Made by a program: the position numbers and the translations under genes
The notes under the pieces: generated by a model
Databases searched by the model: none
Seen by the model: only the letters and a program-made list of their open reading frames with translations
What the model was told of the DNA's origin: nothing
Shown: one piece after another, positions 41,404 through 50,935 of the stretch
How the letters are laid out: each line of letters begins with the position of its first letter
Position numbering within the stretch: position 1 is the stretch's first letter
NCBI GenBank assembly: GCA_963815095.1
Contig: CAWFFH010000003.1
Location: 160,001 to 224,000, forward strand
Length of the DNA: 64,000 nt
From: Candidatus Bathyarchaeota archaeon
Lineage (GTDB): Archaea > Thermoproteota > Bathyarchaeia > Bathyarchaeales > Bathycorpusculaceae
Reading direction: 5' to 3'

Positions 41404-42399
41404 CTGATCTTAACTCCACAAGTCACAGAAACACAAGTAAAAATTCTCAAAGAATTACTATCAGATGGGCGTAAAAGCATCAAAGAAATAGCAAAAAGTA
41501 CGGGACTATCAAAGGCAACTGTTAAGACAAATTACAAAAACTTGGAAGAAACCGGAATAATTACTGGAGCAACAACCCACATCAATTACTATCTTTTTGG
41601 ATACAAAGCAGTAGCCAACATCTTAATCAGCGTTGACTTCAACCAATCTGAACAACTCATTGAGTACTTACGAAAAATGCCAGAAGTTTACGCGGCTGCT
41701 AGCCGGGGACCCAAAGGAGACATCAGTGTTGTCATCATTCTTAAAACGCTGGAACAATTAAACGAAGTAAAAGATCTCATTAAAAGGAATTTTTTGGTCT
41801 TTGAAATGAAAACCGCAATCTGGACCGATGTTAAAGAAATGAATGAAAACGTATCCATAACCCCAGAAAACAGAAAAAGACCGACTGCTGATACCACTAT
41901 AAAGAATTCACAGAAAAAAACTATCACTAAAATAATTAATGTGGATGAAATAGACCAAAAAATCGCTGATAGACTCGCTGAAAACGGACGTATCACCATG
42001 GAGTCTCTTGGAGAACAATTAGGAATTCCAAGTAGATTGGCAGAAAAAAGGTACGAAAAATTAAAGAAAAATGGCTTTTTAAAAGTCACAATTCAAGTTA
42101 ACCCCCAAAAAATTGGATACTGTGGGACATGCGTGTTTTTCACAGTTACATCCCATGAAGATCCATACTCAATTATCGAGAAAATCAAAAACATCCCTGA
42201 CATCATAAGCATTATGAAGACAACGGGAGATTATGATTTACAAATATGGGCAATGATACAAGACTTAAATCAACTGTTTGCAATAAAAGAAAAAGTCGAA
42301 AAAATTCCAGGATTAACCAAAATTGATTTACAGTTAATACAATTCGGAGAAAAATTGGAAAAATGGCCGACACCCAAGCAATACATATCGACTTTTTAG
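41404..42399 (+). CDS. Tandem-duplicated Lrp/AsnC regulator (wHTH-RAM-wHTH-RAM); start codon uncertain or non-canonical
   Basis: The frame is open upstream of 41542 and encodes KILKELLSDGRKSIKEIAKSTGLS (first HTH); second HTH IDQKIADRLAENGR; TGDYDL. Confidence 0.8.
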   Translation: MILTPQVTETQVKILKELLSDGRKSIKEIAKSTGLSKATVKTNYKNLEETGIITGATTHINYYLFGYKAVANILISVDFNQSEQLIEYLRKMPEVYAAASRGPKGDISVVIILKTLEQLNEVKDLIKRNFLVFEMKTAIWTDVKEMNENVSITPENRKRPTADTTIKNSQKKTITKIINVDEIDQKIADRLAENGRITMESLGEQLGIPSRLAEKRYEKLKKNGFLKVTIQVNPQKIGYCGTCVFFTVTSHEDPYSIIEKIKNIPDIISIMKTTGDYDLQIWAMIQDLNQLFAIKEKVEKIPGLTKIDLQLIQFGEKLEKWPTPKQYISTF

Positions 42400-42523
42400 A
42401 CAAATCAACTTCCGGACAATTTGCTAAAAATAACCCAAAAAAGGCAGCTTCTTTCCGTCTAATTAACATATATAAGAAATCTTAAATTCCTAAAGCTTAA
42501 TAACATAAAACAAAGGGAAAGCG

Positions 42524-43507
42524 TTGATTAACCTCAATCAACTTGACGCAAAAATAATAAGACTTCTTTTACAAGATGGGAGAACCAGTTATGATGAATT
42601 AGCGAATGAGTGTGATGTCTCCAAAAACGCCGTTTGGAAACGTTGCCGGATGATGGAAAAAAAAGACATAATCAAAGGCGCGACAATTCAGATGAATTTC
42701 TGCGATTTTGGATTTGATGCTCTTGCCACTCTGCTCATCAGCGTTAATGCACAGCAAATAGAGGAATCCATGAAGTTAATTGAAAAGGTGACTGAGGTAC
42801 GTGCCTACCGCCAATATAACAGTGTTTTTAACATTAGAGCAACAGTAACTTTGAGGAATTTGAATGAACTGGATCATGTTAAACAAGTCATCAAGCAAAA
42901 ATTACCCACTCTAAGTTTGAAAACTTACATATGGACGGGTGTTAGGAACATGCCCGAAAACCTGACTCTTACCAACAATCCGATGGATACTAATGGCAGC
43001 ATCCGAATGGATTCAGCTAAAAGGGCAGTCACATCAAAAGGAAAGGTAATAATCGATGAGATAGATGAACAAATAGTAACCGAACTTGCCCTAGATGGAC
43101 GTAATTCGTTTACTCAAATTTCAAAAAAAATCAATGTATCTACGGACACTGTCGTAAAAAGATACAAGAAACTTAGACAAACCGGGGCAGTAAAGGTCTC
43201 CATTCAAATAAACCCGAACGAAATGGGGTACGCTTCAATATTGGATTTCAACATGTCTTTTATGACTGAGAGCGGCTTATCAGATACTGTAATAGAAGCT
43301 CTTAACAAAATACCCAACTTAATCATTATCACCAAAACCAGTGGAGATTATGATTTGCAAGTAACCGCAATGATAAGAGACATCACTGAGTTGTTTGCCA
43401 TCCAAGACCAAATTGCAAAAATATGCGGCCTTACAAAAATAGAAACCAGTGCTAGAAAAATCCCTGATAAATGGCCAACTCCAAGACAATACATATCAAC
43501 ATTTTAA
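42524..43507 (+). CDS. Tandem-duplicated Lrp/AsnC regulator (paralog)
   Basis: LDAKIIRLLLQDGR and IDEQIVTELALDGR HTHs; SGDYDL; C-terminus KWPTPxQYISTF shared with the upstream paralog. Confidence 0.9.
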   Translation: MINLNQLDAKIIRLLLQDGRTSYDELANECDVSKNAVWKRCRMMEKKDIIKGATIQMNFCDFGFDALATLLISVNAQQIEESMKLIEKVTEVRAYRQYNSVFNIRATVTLRNLNELDHVKQVIKQKLPTLSLKTYIWTGVRNMPENLTLTNNPMDTNGSIRMDSAKRAVTSKGKVIIDEIDEQIVTELALDGRNSFTQISKKINVSTDTVVKRYKKLRQTGAVKVSIQINPNEMGYASILDFNMSFMTESGLSDTVIEALNKIPNLIIITKTSGDYDLQVTAMIRDITELFAIQDQIAKICGLTKIETSARKIPDKWPTPRQYISTF

Positions 43508-43517
43508 TATTTGTTTG

Positions 43518-43595
43518 TGGCGGGTCCGAAGGGATTTGAACCCTTGACTTTCAGCTTAGAAGGCTGACACGCTATCCGTACTGCGTCACGGACCC
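43518..43595 (-). tRNA. tRNA-Arg(TCT)
   Basis: GGGTCCG...TCAGC-CT-TCT-AA-GCTGA...TTCAAAT...CGGACCC-G-CCA; CCA encoded; no intron. Confidence 0.96.
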
Positions 43596-43892
43596 ACATA
43601 GGGCACTCTAAATGATGTGCTTCCAGATATAATTTTACCTATTGCATTCAAGCAAAACCCATACGCCTAACATACCATCAAAAACTGTGGTTCAATAATC
43701 AGCTCGTTTAAACATCCTTCACACCTCAACCAAAAGAATCCCACAGCAGATAAGGAGAAAAACAATCACCACCAAAAAAAATCAACCCAAGTCAACACAA
43801 AGAGAAGTTGTTGCTGTTGCTGCTGCAACTCATTTCCCACCGATAAGTTGTAACAATCAACCTAAACCCACACAAAACAAAGAAGCTAACGA

Positions 43893-45002
43893 TTATGTTT
43901 TCCAGCCAGGACCAGCTTTTTTACCCAAAACAAACACTTGAATATGCCCAACAATGAGCAAGACCATCCAAATAGTAGAATAGAAGAAGTAATAAACGAA
44001 TAGTTCATGCAGTTTTATTTGATTAAATCCAAGTTTTCTTGAAAACCCATAGAAAACCCCGGCGGAAAAAGCGAAACCTGACAGGGAAATAATCAGAATC
44101 TTTATCGCATCTGCAGTTCCCAACGACATTAGAAAAAGCGGCAAGGCAATATTGAATTTCACTGACAAAAACAGTGAAAAAACCAAAAGCGAATTATACA
44201 TCCAAAGACTAGGAACAAAAGCGCTTAAAAACAAGACAACAACAGAAGGATAAAGGAAAAATAGGCTGGGAAGAAATATCTGGGGTTTTTTAATGAAGTG
44301 CCTAGCTAACTGTTTGTACCAATCCTTAAGCCACAACGCCTGACCAATAGACCACCGTCTACGCTGGGTAAGCCATTTCTTCCAATCCACATGAACCTCA
44401 TTCTTTACTTCAACATCAGTTGTATAGGCAAAACTACTATCCTCCAAGAAAGCTCGAGTTGCAAGATCTATATCTTCTGGAACAACTTTTCGAAAACCAT
44501 GGATTTTTTCAAACATTTCTCTCTTAATCGAGAAGGCAGCCCCATTCACAGCTGGACATTTATGCATATACCTCGACGCTAGCCAAGAGCTGATATTGAA
44601 AGTTAAGTATTCGTAATAAGCCATTTTTGAGAGGAAAGAACTATTTTTGGTAACTTTCTTTTTAATATCCAGTATATCGGTATGCTGCATTTCCATAATG
44701 ATTTTTCTAAGGTAGTCAGGGTCATTTGTGAGCCCAATATCAGAGTCAAGGAAAAGCAGAACTTTACCTGAAGACAACTTTACGGCGCTGTTTAGAGCAG
44801 TCGCTTTTCCAGTACGTTCCTTGTTAATAATGAATTGGACGTTTTCGTTTTCAAGCTGCTTTATTTCTTCCTGGAAATCGTCGGTTGGCTGGTCAACGGT
44901 GACAAAGATTTCCTTCGAAACATTTTGGGAACAAAGTTCGTTTAGCATTCCTGCTAGCTGATTGGATTCTTGGTAAACGGGAATGAAGATGCTGACGTCC
45001 AC
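43893..45002 (-). CDS. Family 2 glycosyltransferase with C-terminal TM helices
   Basis: GKATALN, FLDSD, EDID, QRRRW motifs. Confidence 0.92.
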   Translation of the reverse strand: MDVSIFIPVYQESNQLAGMLNELCSQNVSKEIFVTVDQPTDDFQEEIKQLENENVQFIINKERTGKATALNSAVKLSSGKVLLFLDSDIGLTNDPDYLRKIIMEMQHTDILDIKKKVTKNSSFLSKMAYYEYLTFNISSWLASRYMHKCPAVNGAAFSIKREMFEKIHGFRKVVPEDIDLATRAFLEDSSFAYTTDVEVKNEVHVDWKKWLTQRRRWSIGQALWLKDWYKQLARHFIKKPQIFLPSLFFLYPSVVVLFLSAFVPSLWMYNSLLVFSLFLSVKFNIALPLFLMSLGTADAIKILIISLSGFAFSAGVFYGFSRKLGFNQIKLHELFVYYFFYSTIWMVLLIVGHIQVFVLGKKAGPGWKT

Positions 45003-45143
45003 AGCTAATCCTCAGTAAACAACCTTTCATTTTGGTTATTGTCATTGTGCTTTTTAAAGCATTCTAAAATCAGGTGACCCTCACAATTGTTTAGGCTCCT
45101 ACCAACTAACCGGCCTCCCTACGCAATTCATCTGAAAGCTGAC

Positions 45144-46208
45144 TTATTTTTTAACGTAGACAGCACTTGTTGGGAATGCAATTTCTATGTTTTCTCTATC
45201 AAAGGCGCCTTTTATCGCGAAATTAATCGCCTGCTGAGTATCCAAATATTTGCCGTAATCCGCTGAGTTGATGTAGTAGATGACGAAGAATTTTAAGCTG
45301 TAATCTCCAAATTCCGTAAAGTTTACCCGTTCCACATCAGCGGAATCCACGTTCTTAATTATGCTTGTTATTATCTCAGGGATCCCCCTGAGTTTTTCAA
45401 GCGGAGTATCGTAGGCAACCCCAATGGTGAATGTAACACGTCGTTTTTCCAATTTCCTAAAATTTCTAACACTTGTCGAGGTAAGTTCTTTGTTGGATAT
45501 TACGAGTTCTTCACCTTGAAGCAGCTTAAGTCTAGTCGATTTCACTCCGATGTTTTTGACGGTTCCGCTGTATTCTCCTACAATGATGAAGTCTCCGATT
45601 TCAAACGGTCGATCAAAGTAGATGGAGAAGGCGCTAAAAAAGTCGCTTAATGTATTTTGAAGCGCAAAAGCTATGGCGATGCCTCCAACTCCTAGGCCAA
45701 CAACTGCACCTGTTAAATCAACGTTGAATATAACGAGAATGAGAAGAAATGCGGCGACGTAAACGATTACCTGTATAACTTTCTTTAATAGAAAAAGGAG
45801 GTGGTGACTGTTTTTTCCTGTGACAAGAGCGGTTCTGGTTGCATACCAGTCTGCCACTATATTGGATATTCTTGTAACTCCAAAAGCTCCTAGAAAAATT
45901 TGCATAACCGTAAAGACACCGGTTAACGTTTCGTTATAGGGCTGAAGGAGTGACAGAGGCGCCAATGCATATTCGATACCTAATATGACGATTGAAATGA
46001 TTATGATGCTCTTTACTGCATTTAATATGTCGTCGTCTAGCGTGGTTTCTGTTTTTTGCGCCCACTTAGAAAAGTATCTTCCAAAGATTATGTATGCGAC
46101 CCCGCCGACAAGGGCAACGATTAAAAATATTGTTACAGATGCCAAGATTTCACTGGTAAACTGGTTTGTTTGAAGGAACTGATGGAATATTTCTGTGAGA
46201 CTAGCCAT
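45144..46208 (-). CDS. mscS: Small-conductance mechanosensitive channel
   Basis: GVGGIAIAFALQNTLSD, DRPFEIGDFI, IEIAFPT. Confidence 0.95.
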   Translation of the reverse strand: MASLTEIFHQFLQTNQFTSEILASVTIFLIVALVGGVAYIIFGRYFSKWAQKTETTLDDDILNAVKSIIIISIVILGIEYALAPLSLLQPYNETLTGVFTVMQIFLGAFGVTRISNIVADWYATRTALVTGKNSHHLLFLLKKVIQVIVYVAAFLLILVIFNVDLTGAVVGLGVGGIAIAFALQNTLSDFFSAFSIYFDRPFEIGDFIIVGEYSGTVKNIGVKSTRLKLLQGEELVISNKELTSTSVRNFRKLEKRRVTFTIGVAYDTPLEKLRGIPEIITSIIKNVDSADVERVNFTEFGDYSLKFFVIYYINSADYGKYLDTQQAINFAIKGAFDRENIEIAFPTSAVYVKK

Positions 46209-46296
46209 CTTTCTTATACACTTCAATGTTTAATTCAATTAGCTAAAGTCAAGTTAAAATAAAAATTCAAATTAACCCTTATTTATGTTCCTCAAT

Positions 46297-46788
46297 TTAA
46301 CGTATTTTTTCATGCTCAATAGAACCTATTCTGTAGAGGACCTCGGCTTCGTGGCTATCGTTTTCAAAGTCTTCTCGGCTAAACAGAACCTTCTCTTCAC
46401 ACTTTGAATTCAGAGCCTGGGCTAGCTTGAAGATATTGTTTTTAGCTGCTTCGTTTGATGGGTTCACTGTACACTCAAAATATTTGGCGTGTTTCATTCT
46501 TATTTGCTCACGAAGCATGCGTAGTTGTAAGCCGTTTCCACGATAGTCTTTTTGAACTAGGATTTCCCAGCTGAAAAAAGTGTCTGGTCTGTTAGGTGAC
46601 ATGTAACCTGAAGAAAACCCGACGATTTTGCCATTACACAGGGCAACAAGGCAAGTGTCAGAAAAATCCCTTGCCAAAAGAAAATAAGTGTACATTGAGT
46701 TTAAGCCAACGTATGGCCTGTTTGCAACAAGCATCTTGTAAACTTCTTTGATGTCTGACAAGCCTAGCTTTCTGAATTTAAAATTCAA
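46297..46788 (-). CDS. EctA (diaminobutyrate acetyltransferase)-family GNAT acetyltransferase
   Basis: LNSMYTYFLLARDFSDTCLVA, RPDTFFSWEI, RGNGL, TVNPSN, HEAEVLYRIG match the EctA pattern; 163 aa. Confidence 0.82.
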   Translation of the reverse strand: MNFKFRKLGLSDIKEVYKMLVANRPYVGLNSMYTYFLLARDFSDTCLVALCNGKIVGFSSGYMSPNRPDTFFSWEILVQKDYRGNGLQLRMLREQIRMKHAKYFECTVNPSNEAAKNNIFKLAQALNSKCEEKVLFSREDFENDSHEAEVLYRIGSIEHEKIR

Positions 46789-46802
46789 TCCAGATTTGGT
46801 TT

Positions 46803-48146
46803 CTATCGTTTAGGGCACCTTGTTACTTTTTTTCTTCGCTCTAGCCGCTGGTTGCCTTTTGGCACAAGCGAAATCGTTTTGTCAGCATCGGTCAACAATT
46901 TTTCTATTCCAATATAGGTTTTTTCATCTTCGTCTTGTTTAAGTTGCAAAACACATTTGCCGCAATCTTTCTTGCATTCAACTGATTTGTAATTATCAGG
47001 TTCTTTGTAGGTTGTGATTACGCCTTCATAGTTTCTAAGAATAACTTTGTTTGTTGACCAAGAAATTATGTAGTTTGGCATAACTGGAATTTTTCCGCCT
47101 CCGCCTGGAGCATCAACTACAAAAGTTGGAACTGCAAACCCGCTTGTGTGTCCTTGAAGACTCTCCATTATTTCAATGCCTTTGCCAACAGATGTCCTGA
47201 AGTGAGTTAAACCTTCGGAGAGGTCACATTGGAAAAGGTAGTAAGGTCTAACTCTGTTTTGTACAAGTTTTTGGTTTAGCTTTTTCATGATTTGTGGGCA
47301 ATCGTTTATTCCTGCGAGAAGTACCGATTGATTTCCCAATGGAATTCCTGCATCTGCTAATTTCCGAAGCGCTTCTCGAGAGGAAGGTGTGAGTTCTCTT
47401 GGATGATTAAAATGAGTATTCAACCATAATGGATGATGTTTCTTTAGGATTTCTACAAGTTCATCAGTTATTCGGTATGGCAAAACAACTGGGGTTCTTG
47501 TGCCTATTCTTACTACTTCAACATGTGGAATGCTGTTTAGTTCGGTTAAAATCCAGTCCAGATACTCGTCAGGCAACATTAAAGCGTCGCCTCCTGAAAG
47601 GAGCACATCCCGAATTTGACCGTGATTTCTAATGTAGCTGATTCCATCCAGTATTTGTTGTTTTGAAGGAATATGCTCTGGGTCGCCGACTTTTCTTTTT
47701 CGTGTACAATGCCTGCAGTACATTGCACAGCGGTTACTTATCAAAAAAAGCACTCGGTCAGGGTAACGATGAGTGATACCTTTGGTTGGGCTGTCTTTAT
47801 CCTCGTGGAGAGGGTCTTTCATGTCATGTTTACAAACTTTAAGTTCAGCAGGGTCAGGGAAGGCTTGTTTCAATATAGGGTCGTTACAGTAATTTTCTTT
47901 TTCTATTAAAGAAGCATAGTAAGGTGTTATGCAGAGTGGAAATTTCTTAATTGTTTTTTCTAACACTCTGCGTTCTTTTTTAGTAAACGATATCCCTGTG
48001 AAGCTTCCAAAAGCTTCAATTGTTTTTATCGAGTTTTCCAGTTGCCACTTATAATTTTTCCACTCACTAACATCCACTTTTTTTTCTGTGGTTTTAGCCA
48101 AGTAAGCTTGGTAACTTGTAAGGGTTTCAAAACCTTCAACAATCAT
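46803..48146 (-). CDS. kamA: Lysine 2,3-aminomutase (AblA/KamA)
   Basis: [37 protein letters not shown] (PLP Lys), C-terminal Cys cluster. Confidence 0.96.
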   Translation of the reverse strand: MIVEGFETLTSYQAYLAKTTEKKVDVSEWKNYKWQLENSIKTIEAFGSFTGISFTKKERRVLEKTIKKFPLCITPYYASLIEKENYCNDPILKQAFPDPAELKVCKHDMKDPLHEDKDSPTKGITHRYPDRVLFLISNRCAMYCRHCTRKRKVGDPEHIPSKQQILDGISYIRNHGQIRDVLLSGGDALMLPDEYLDWILTELNSIPHVEVVRIGTRTPVVLPYRITDELVEILKKHHPLWLNTHFNHPRELTPSSREALRKLADAGIPLGNQSVLLAGINDCPQIMKKLNQKLVQNRVRPYYLFQCDLSEGLTHFRTSVGKGIEIMESLQGHTSGFAVPTFVVDAPGGGGKIPVMPNYIISWSTNKVILRNYEGVITTYKEPDNYKSVECKKDCGKCVLQLKQDEDEKTYIGIEKLLTDADKTISLVPKGNQRLERRKKVTRCPKR

Positions 48147-48476
48147 TCTTAAAATATCTCTCTCCGAGCACTTTTCTGTCTGTCTTTTTCGATAGAACCT
48201 TTATAGTTTTTATTTGTTTTTGACAACTCGAATTTGCAAAATAGCGAATTCGTCTTAACAACCAAACCTCATGCACCTTAAATAGCAAAAGAGTTCAAAC
48301 GAAAAAATTTGTGATAATTATCTAAAAAATACAAAATACACGAAAATATTGGCATAGTATTTACCATGAAATCTTAACGCTTTAACAGCTCGTTTTCTGC
48401 TGTTTTTCCTGTTCCAGCTGTTCACTTGTTGTCTATAGGAAAATTATTATGTGCCGCATAAGAGTACATCTCCGTT

Positions 48477-49496
48477 ATGACTAAGGTTAAAGCAATAAGT
48501 TTGCTTTCAGGCGGATTAGACAGCATCCTTGCCACAGAACTCATCAGGCGTCAAGGAATCGAAGTGGTAACTTTTAACGTTAAAACCCCCTTTGGCATCC
48601 CCAAAAAAGACGGGTCAAGCGAAGCTGCTCAAGCCGCAAAGCAACTAAAAGTCCCCCTAAAAATTGTCACAGTCGAACAGGACTATCTTCGGATGCTACG
48701 CAACCCAAAACACGGCTACGGCAAAAACCTAAACCCCTGCGTAGACTGCAAAATCTTCATCCTCAAAAAAGCAAAAAAGTACGCCAAAGAAATCGGTGCG
48801 GACTTCATTTTCACGGGCGAAGTGTTAGGTGAAAGACCCATGTCGCAACATGGTCCTGCATTAAAGATTATTGCAGAGGAATCAGGCTTGAAGAGCAAGC
48901 TTTTGCGTCCCCTATCTGCGAAGCTATTGGCTAAAACCGTTGCGGAAAAGAAGGGTTTAGTTGACCGAAACAAGCTGTTGGGCATTCAGGGCAGGTCACG
49001 CAAACCCCAGTTTGCCCTTGCAGCAGATTACGGGATAACGGTTTACCCGTCGCCTGCAGGCGGATGTCTCTTAACGTGTGAAGAATACTCCAAGAAGCTT
49101 CAGGACCTCTTCGAAAACAAGAAACGCTTGTCCATGGCGGACATAGCACTGCTGCGGATAGGCAGGCACTTTAGGCTTGGAAAAAACAAGATCATCGTTG
49201 GCAGAAACGAAGCTGAAAACAAGTTTTTACTTGCCAACAAAACGCGGAGCGACTTATATTTTGAACTCTCCGATGTGGTTGGACCAACAACTCTTTTACA
49301 GGGACCCAAAACAAAGCTGGCAATCGAAACAGCCGCAAAACTGACCGCTTCTTATTCAGATGCTAAATCTGAAGAAGCCACAGTGAAGTTTGGAAGAGAA
49401 AACCTCGATAAATCCGTAACTGTTACATTGCCCACGAAGGCTGATGTGGCTAAACTTAGAGTAGGCAATTTAGAGAAAAAACCAAAAAAAAAATAA
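48477..49496 (+). CDS. PP-loop tRNA sulfurtransferase-like protein (ThiI/MnmA-like, no N-terminal THUMP)
   Basis: SGGLDS, NPCVDC, TGEVLGERPMSQ, PAGGCLLT, GRHFR. Confidence 0.8.
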   Translation: MTKVKAISLLSGGLDSILATELIRRQGIEVVTFNVKTPFGIPKKDGSSEAAQAAKQLKVPLKIVTVEQDYLRMLRNPKHGYGKNLNPCVDCKIFILKKAKKYAKEIGADFIFTGEVLGERPMSQHGPALKIIAEESGLKSKLLRPLSAKLLAKTVAEKKGLVDRNKLLGIQGRSRKPQFALAADYGITVYPSPAGGCLLTCEEYSKKLQDLFENKKRLSMADIALLRIGRHFRLGKNKIIVGRNEAENKFLLANKTRSDLYFELSDVVGPTTLLQGPKTKLAIETAAKLTASYSDAKSEEATVKFGRENLDKSVTVTLPTKADVAKLRVGNLEKKPKKK

Positions 49497-49506
49497 GACC
49501 GTAAGG

Positions 49507-50217
49507 TTAGGCTTTTTTCATGGCTACGGCCTTGAGTTCTTTTGGCATCAACTCAATAGCATACCGCAAAGCCGTCCTCGGCATAGCCACACGATTTTTA
49601 AATACATAATCGAAAACTTTTGTCTGGTGTTTTCTGCTTTCCTCTTTAAGCAACCATCCATAACCCTTCTGCACCATATCATCAGTATCTTCTAACAGAA
49701 CATCGCAGATTTCAAATGCATCCTTTAGAAACATCCCTTTTTTGGCAGGAACAATCAGTGATACAGCCGCAGCACGCTTGAGCCAGCGATTCTCGCTCTT
49801 AGCCCAACTCTTCACTTCGCCGATAATCTGTGGGTATTTCTCAATGAGGTCTCCGACGGTGTGGTTGCAAAAGCCGTCGCATTTTGCCCAATTGTTGATG
49901 TATCTTTCAATCCATACCTTGAAGGTCGCCAAGTCTCCTGGTTCCAATTTGTCGATGTAATTTGGGAGCCAAAAGGCAACTATGAAGGCTTCCTCGGTAT
50001 AATCGGAGCGGTAAAGTTCTTCACACATAGCAAAAATCGCTCCTTTATCTAAAGTTTTTACGCGCGACCAATATTTCTTTGCAATTTTGCCTACAGTCTC
50101 AGTTTTAACGCCATAAGATTTTACTTGTTCCTTGAAAAACCGTTGAAAACTTTTCTGAGTCTTCTCGTCAGTTGTAGATTTGAGGTCATCTCGAATTTGC
50201 GCTATAATACTGTTCAT
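49507..50217 (-). CDS. DNA alkylation repair protein (AlkD-like HEAT-repeat family)
   Basis: NWAKCD, WLKRAA, VQKGYGWLLKE, RTALRYAIE. Confidence 0.9.
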   Translation of the reverse strand: MNSIIAQIRDDLKSTTDEKTQKSFQRFFKEQVKSYGVKTETVGKIAKKYWSRVKTLDKGAIFAMCEELYRSDYTEEAFIVAFWLPNYIDKLEPGDLATFKVWIERYINNWAKCDGFCNHTVGDLIEKYPQIIGEVKSWAKSENRWLKRAAAVSLIVPAKKGMFLKDAFEICDVLLEDTDDMVQKGYGWLLKEESRKHQTKVFDYVFKNRVAMPRTALRYAIELMPKELKAVAMKKA

Positions 50218-50290
50218 ATAACAAGAATTAACGCTTGGAAAATAAGAGCCTTTCCAAAAAACAAATTATTAAAAAGGGAAAAGATGGGGT

Positions 50291-50578
50291 TTAGTAGTCT
50301 TCCATTTGGTAGAGACCGAAATCAATGTTCAACGTTTTTTCCGGTCCACAACTGTCTTCAAGGTCGTAGAGGTGGCGGGTGGCTTTTTCTAAGCGGCTTT
50401 TTTTGGGAGTCATTTTTGCTTTAACCATCCTATCCTTCATTTTTCCTTTGGACTGGTGAAGTCCGTTTGGTGTAGCCAGAACCATTGTGTTATCGATGAT
50501 TTTTGGTACAACTTCAATTTTAGCATCTTCAATGGACAAATGCATTTTCAAAGCGTCTTCATGTAAGTGTTTAGTCAA
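50291..50578 (-). CDS. Hypothetical 95-aa protein, possible FtsZ C-terminal-tail remnant
   Basis: TTG start overlaps the RHH gene stop, with a GGAGG RBS; ends LYDLE...PEKTLNIDFGLYQMEDY. Confidence 0.5.
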   Translation of the reverse strand: MTKHLHEDALKMHLSIEDAKIEVVPKIIDNTMVLATPNGLHQSKGKMKDRMVKAKMTPKKSRLEKATRHLYDLEDSCGPEKTLNIDFGLYQMEDY

Positions 50579-50726
50579 CGCCTTTTCGCCTCCAAACTTC
50601 AGCGCTGATTAAATCGCGAATAGCGACTCGGATGGCTTCGGCACGGTTAGGATAGAACCGTTCGTCAACCAACTGGTCCAAAGCTTTTATATACGTTTCA
50701 GGCAAATACAGAGTTATTAGTTTCAT
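50571..50726 (-). CDS. CopG/RHH transcription regulator, CdrS-like, 51 aa (absent from ORF track)
   Basis: GGAG RBS; MKLITLYLPETYIKALDQLVDERFYPNRAEAIRVAIRDLISAEVWRRKGVD (YPNRxEAIR motif). Confidence 0.88.
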   Translation of the reverse strand: MKLITLYLPETYIKALDQLVDERFYPNRAEAIRVAIRDLISAEVWRRKGVD

Positions 50727-50935
50727 CAGGATTTTCTCCCGTAACTGGTGGGTAGATAACTAAAGCATGTATTCTTGGTTATACTTCTATATATCATGCT
50801 GTAAATATGCTTATAACATGTTCGTACCACTGTTTATAAAGGATAAAACACGTACAATGCAGGTATCTGTCAATTCGGGTAGAGCGAGGATTACGTTTTT
50901 ATGCCTTGTTGAAGCAACTAACTTGCGAGATAACC

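Noticed and set aside
31740-43595. Integrated element at tRNA-Arg or tRNA-Gln
   Set aside because: No integrase and no duplicated tRNA 3' end seen
43715-43833. CAG/CAA (poly-Gln) run and hydrophobic frame across a T8 tract on the minus strand
   Set aside because: Needs an assumed frameshift to give a peptide of only about 36 aa; no independent support
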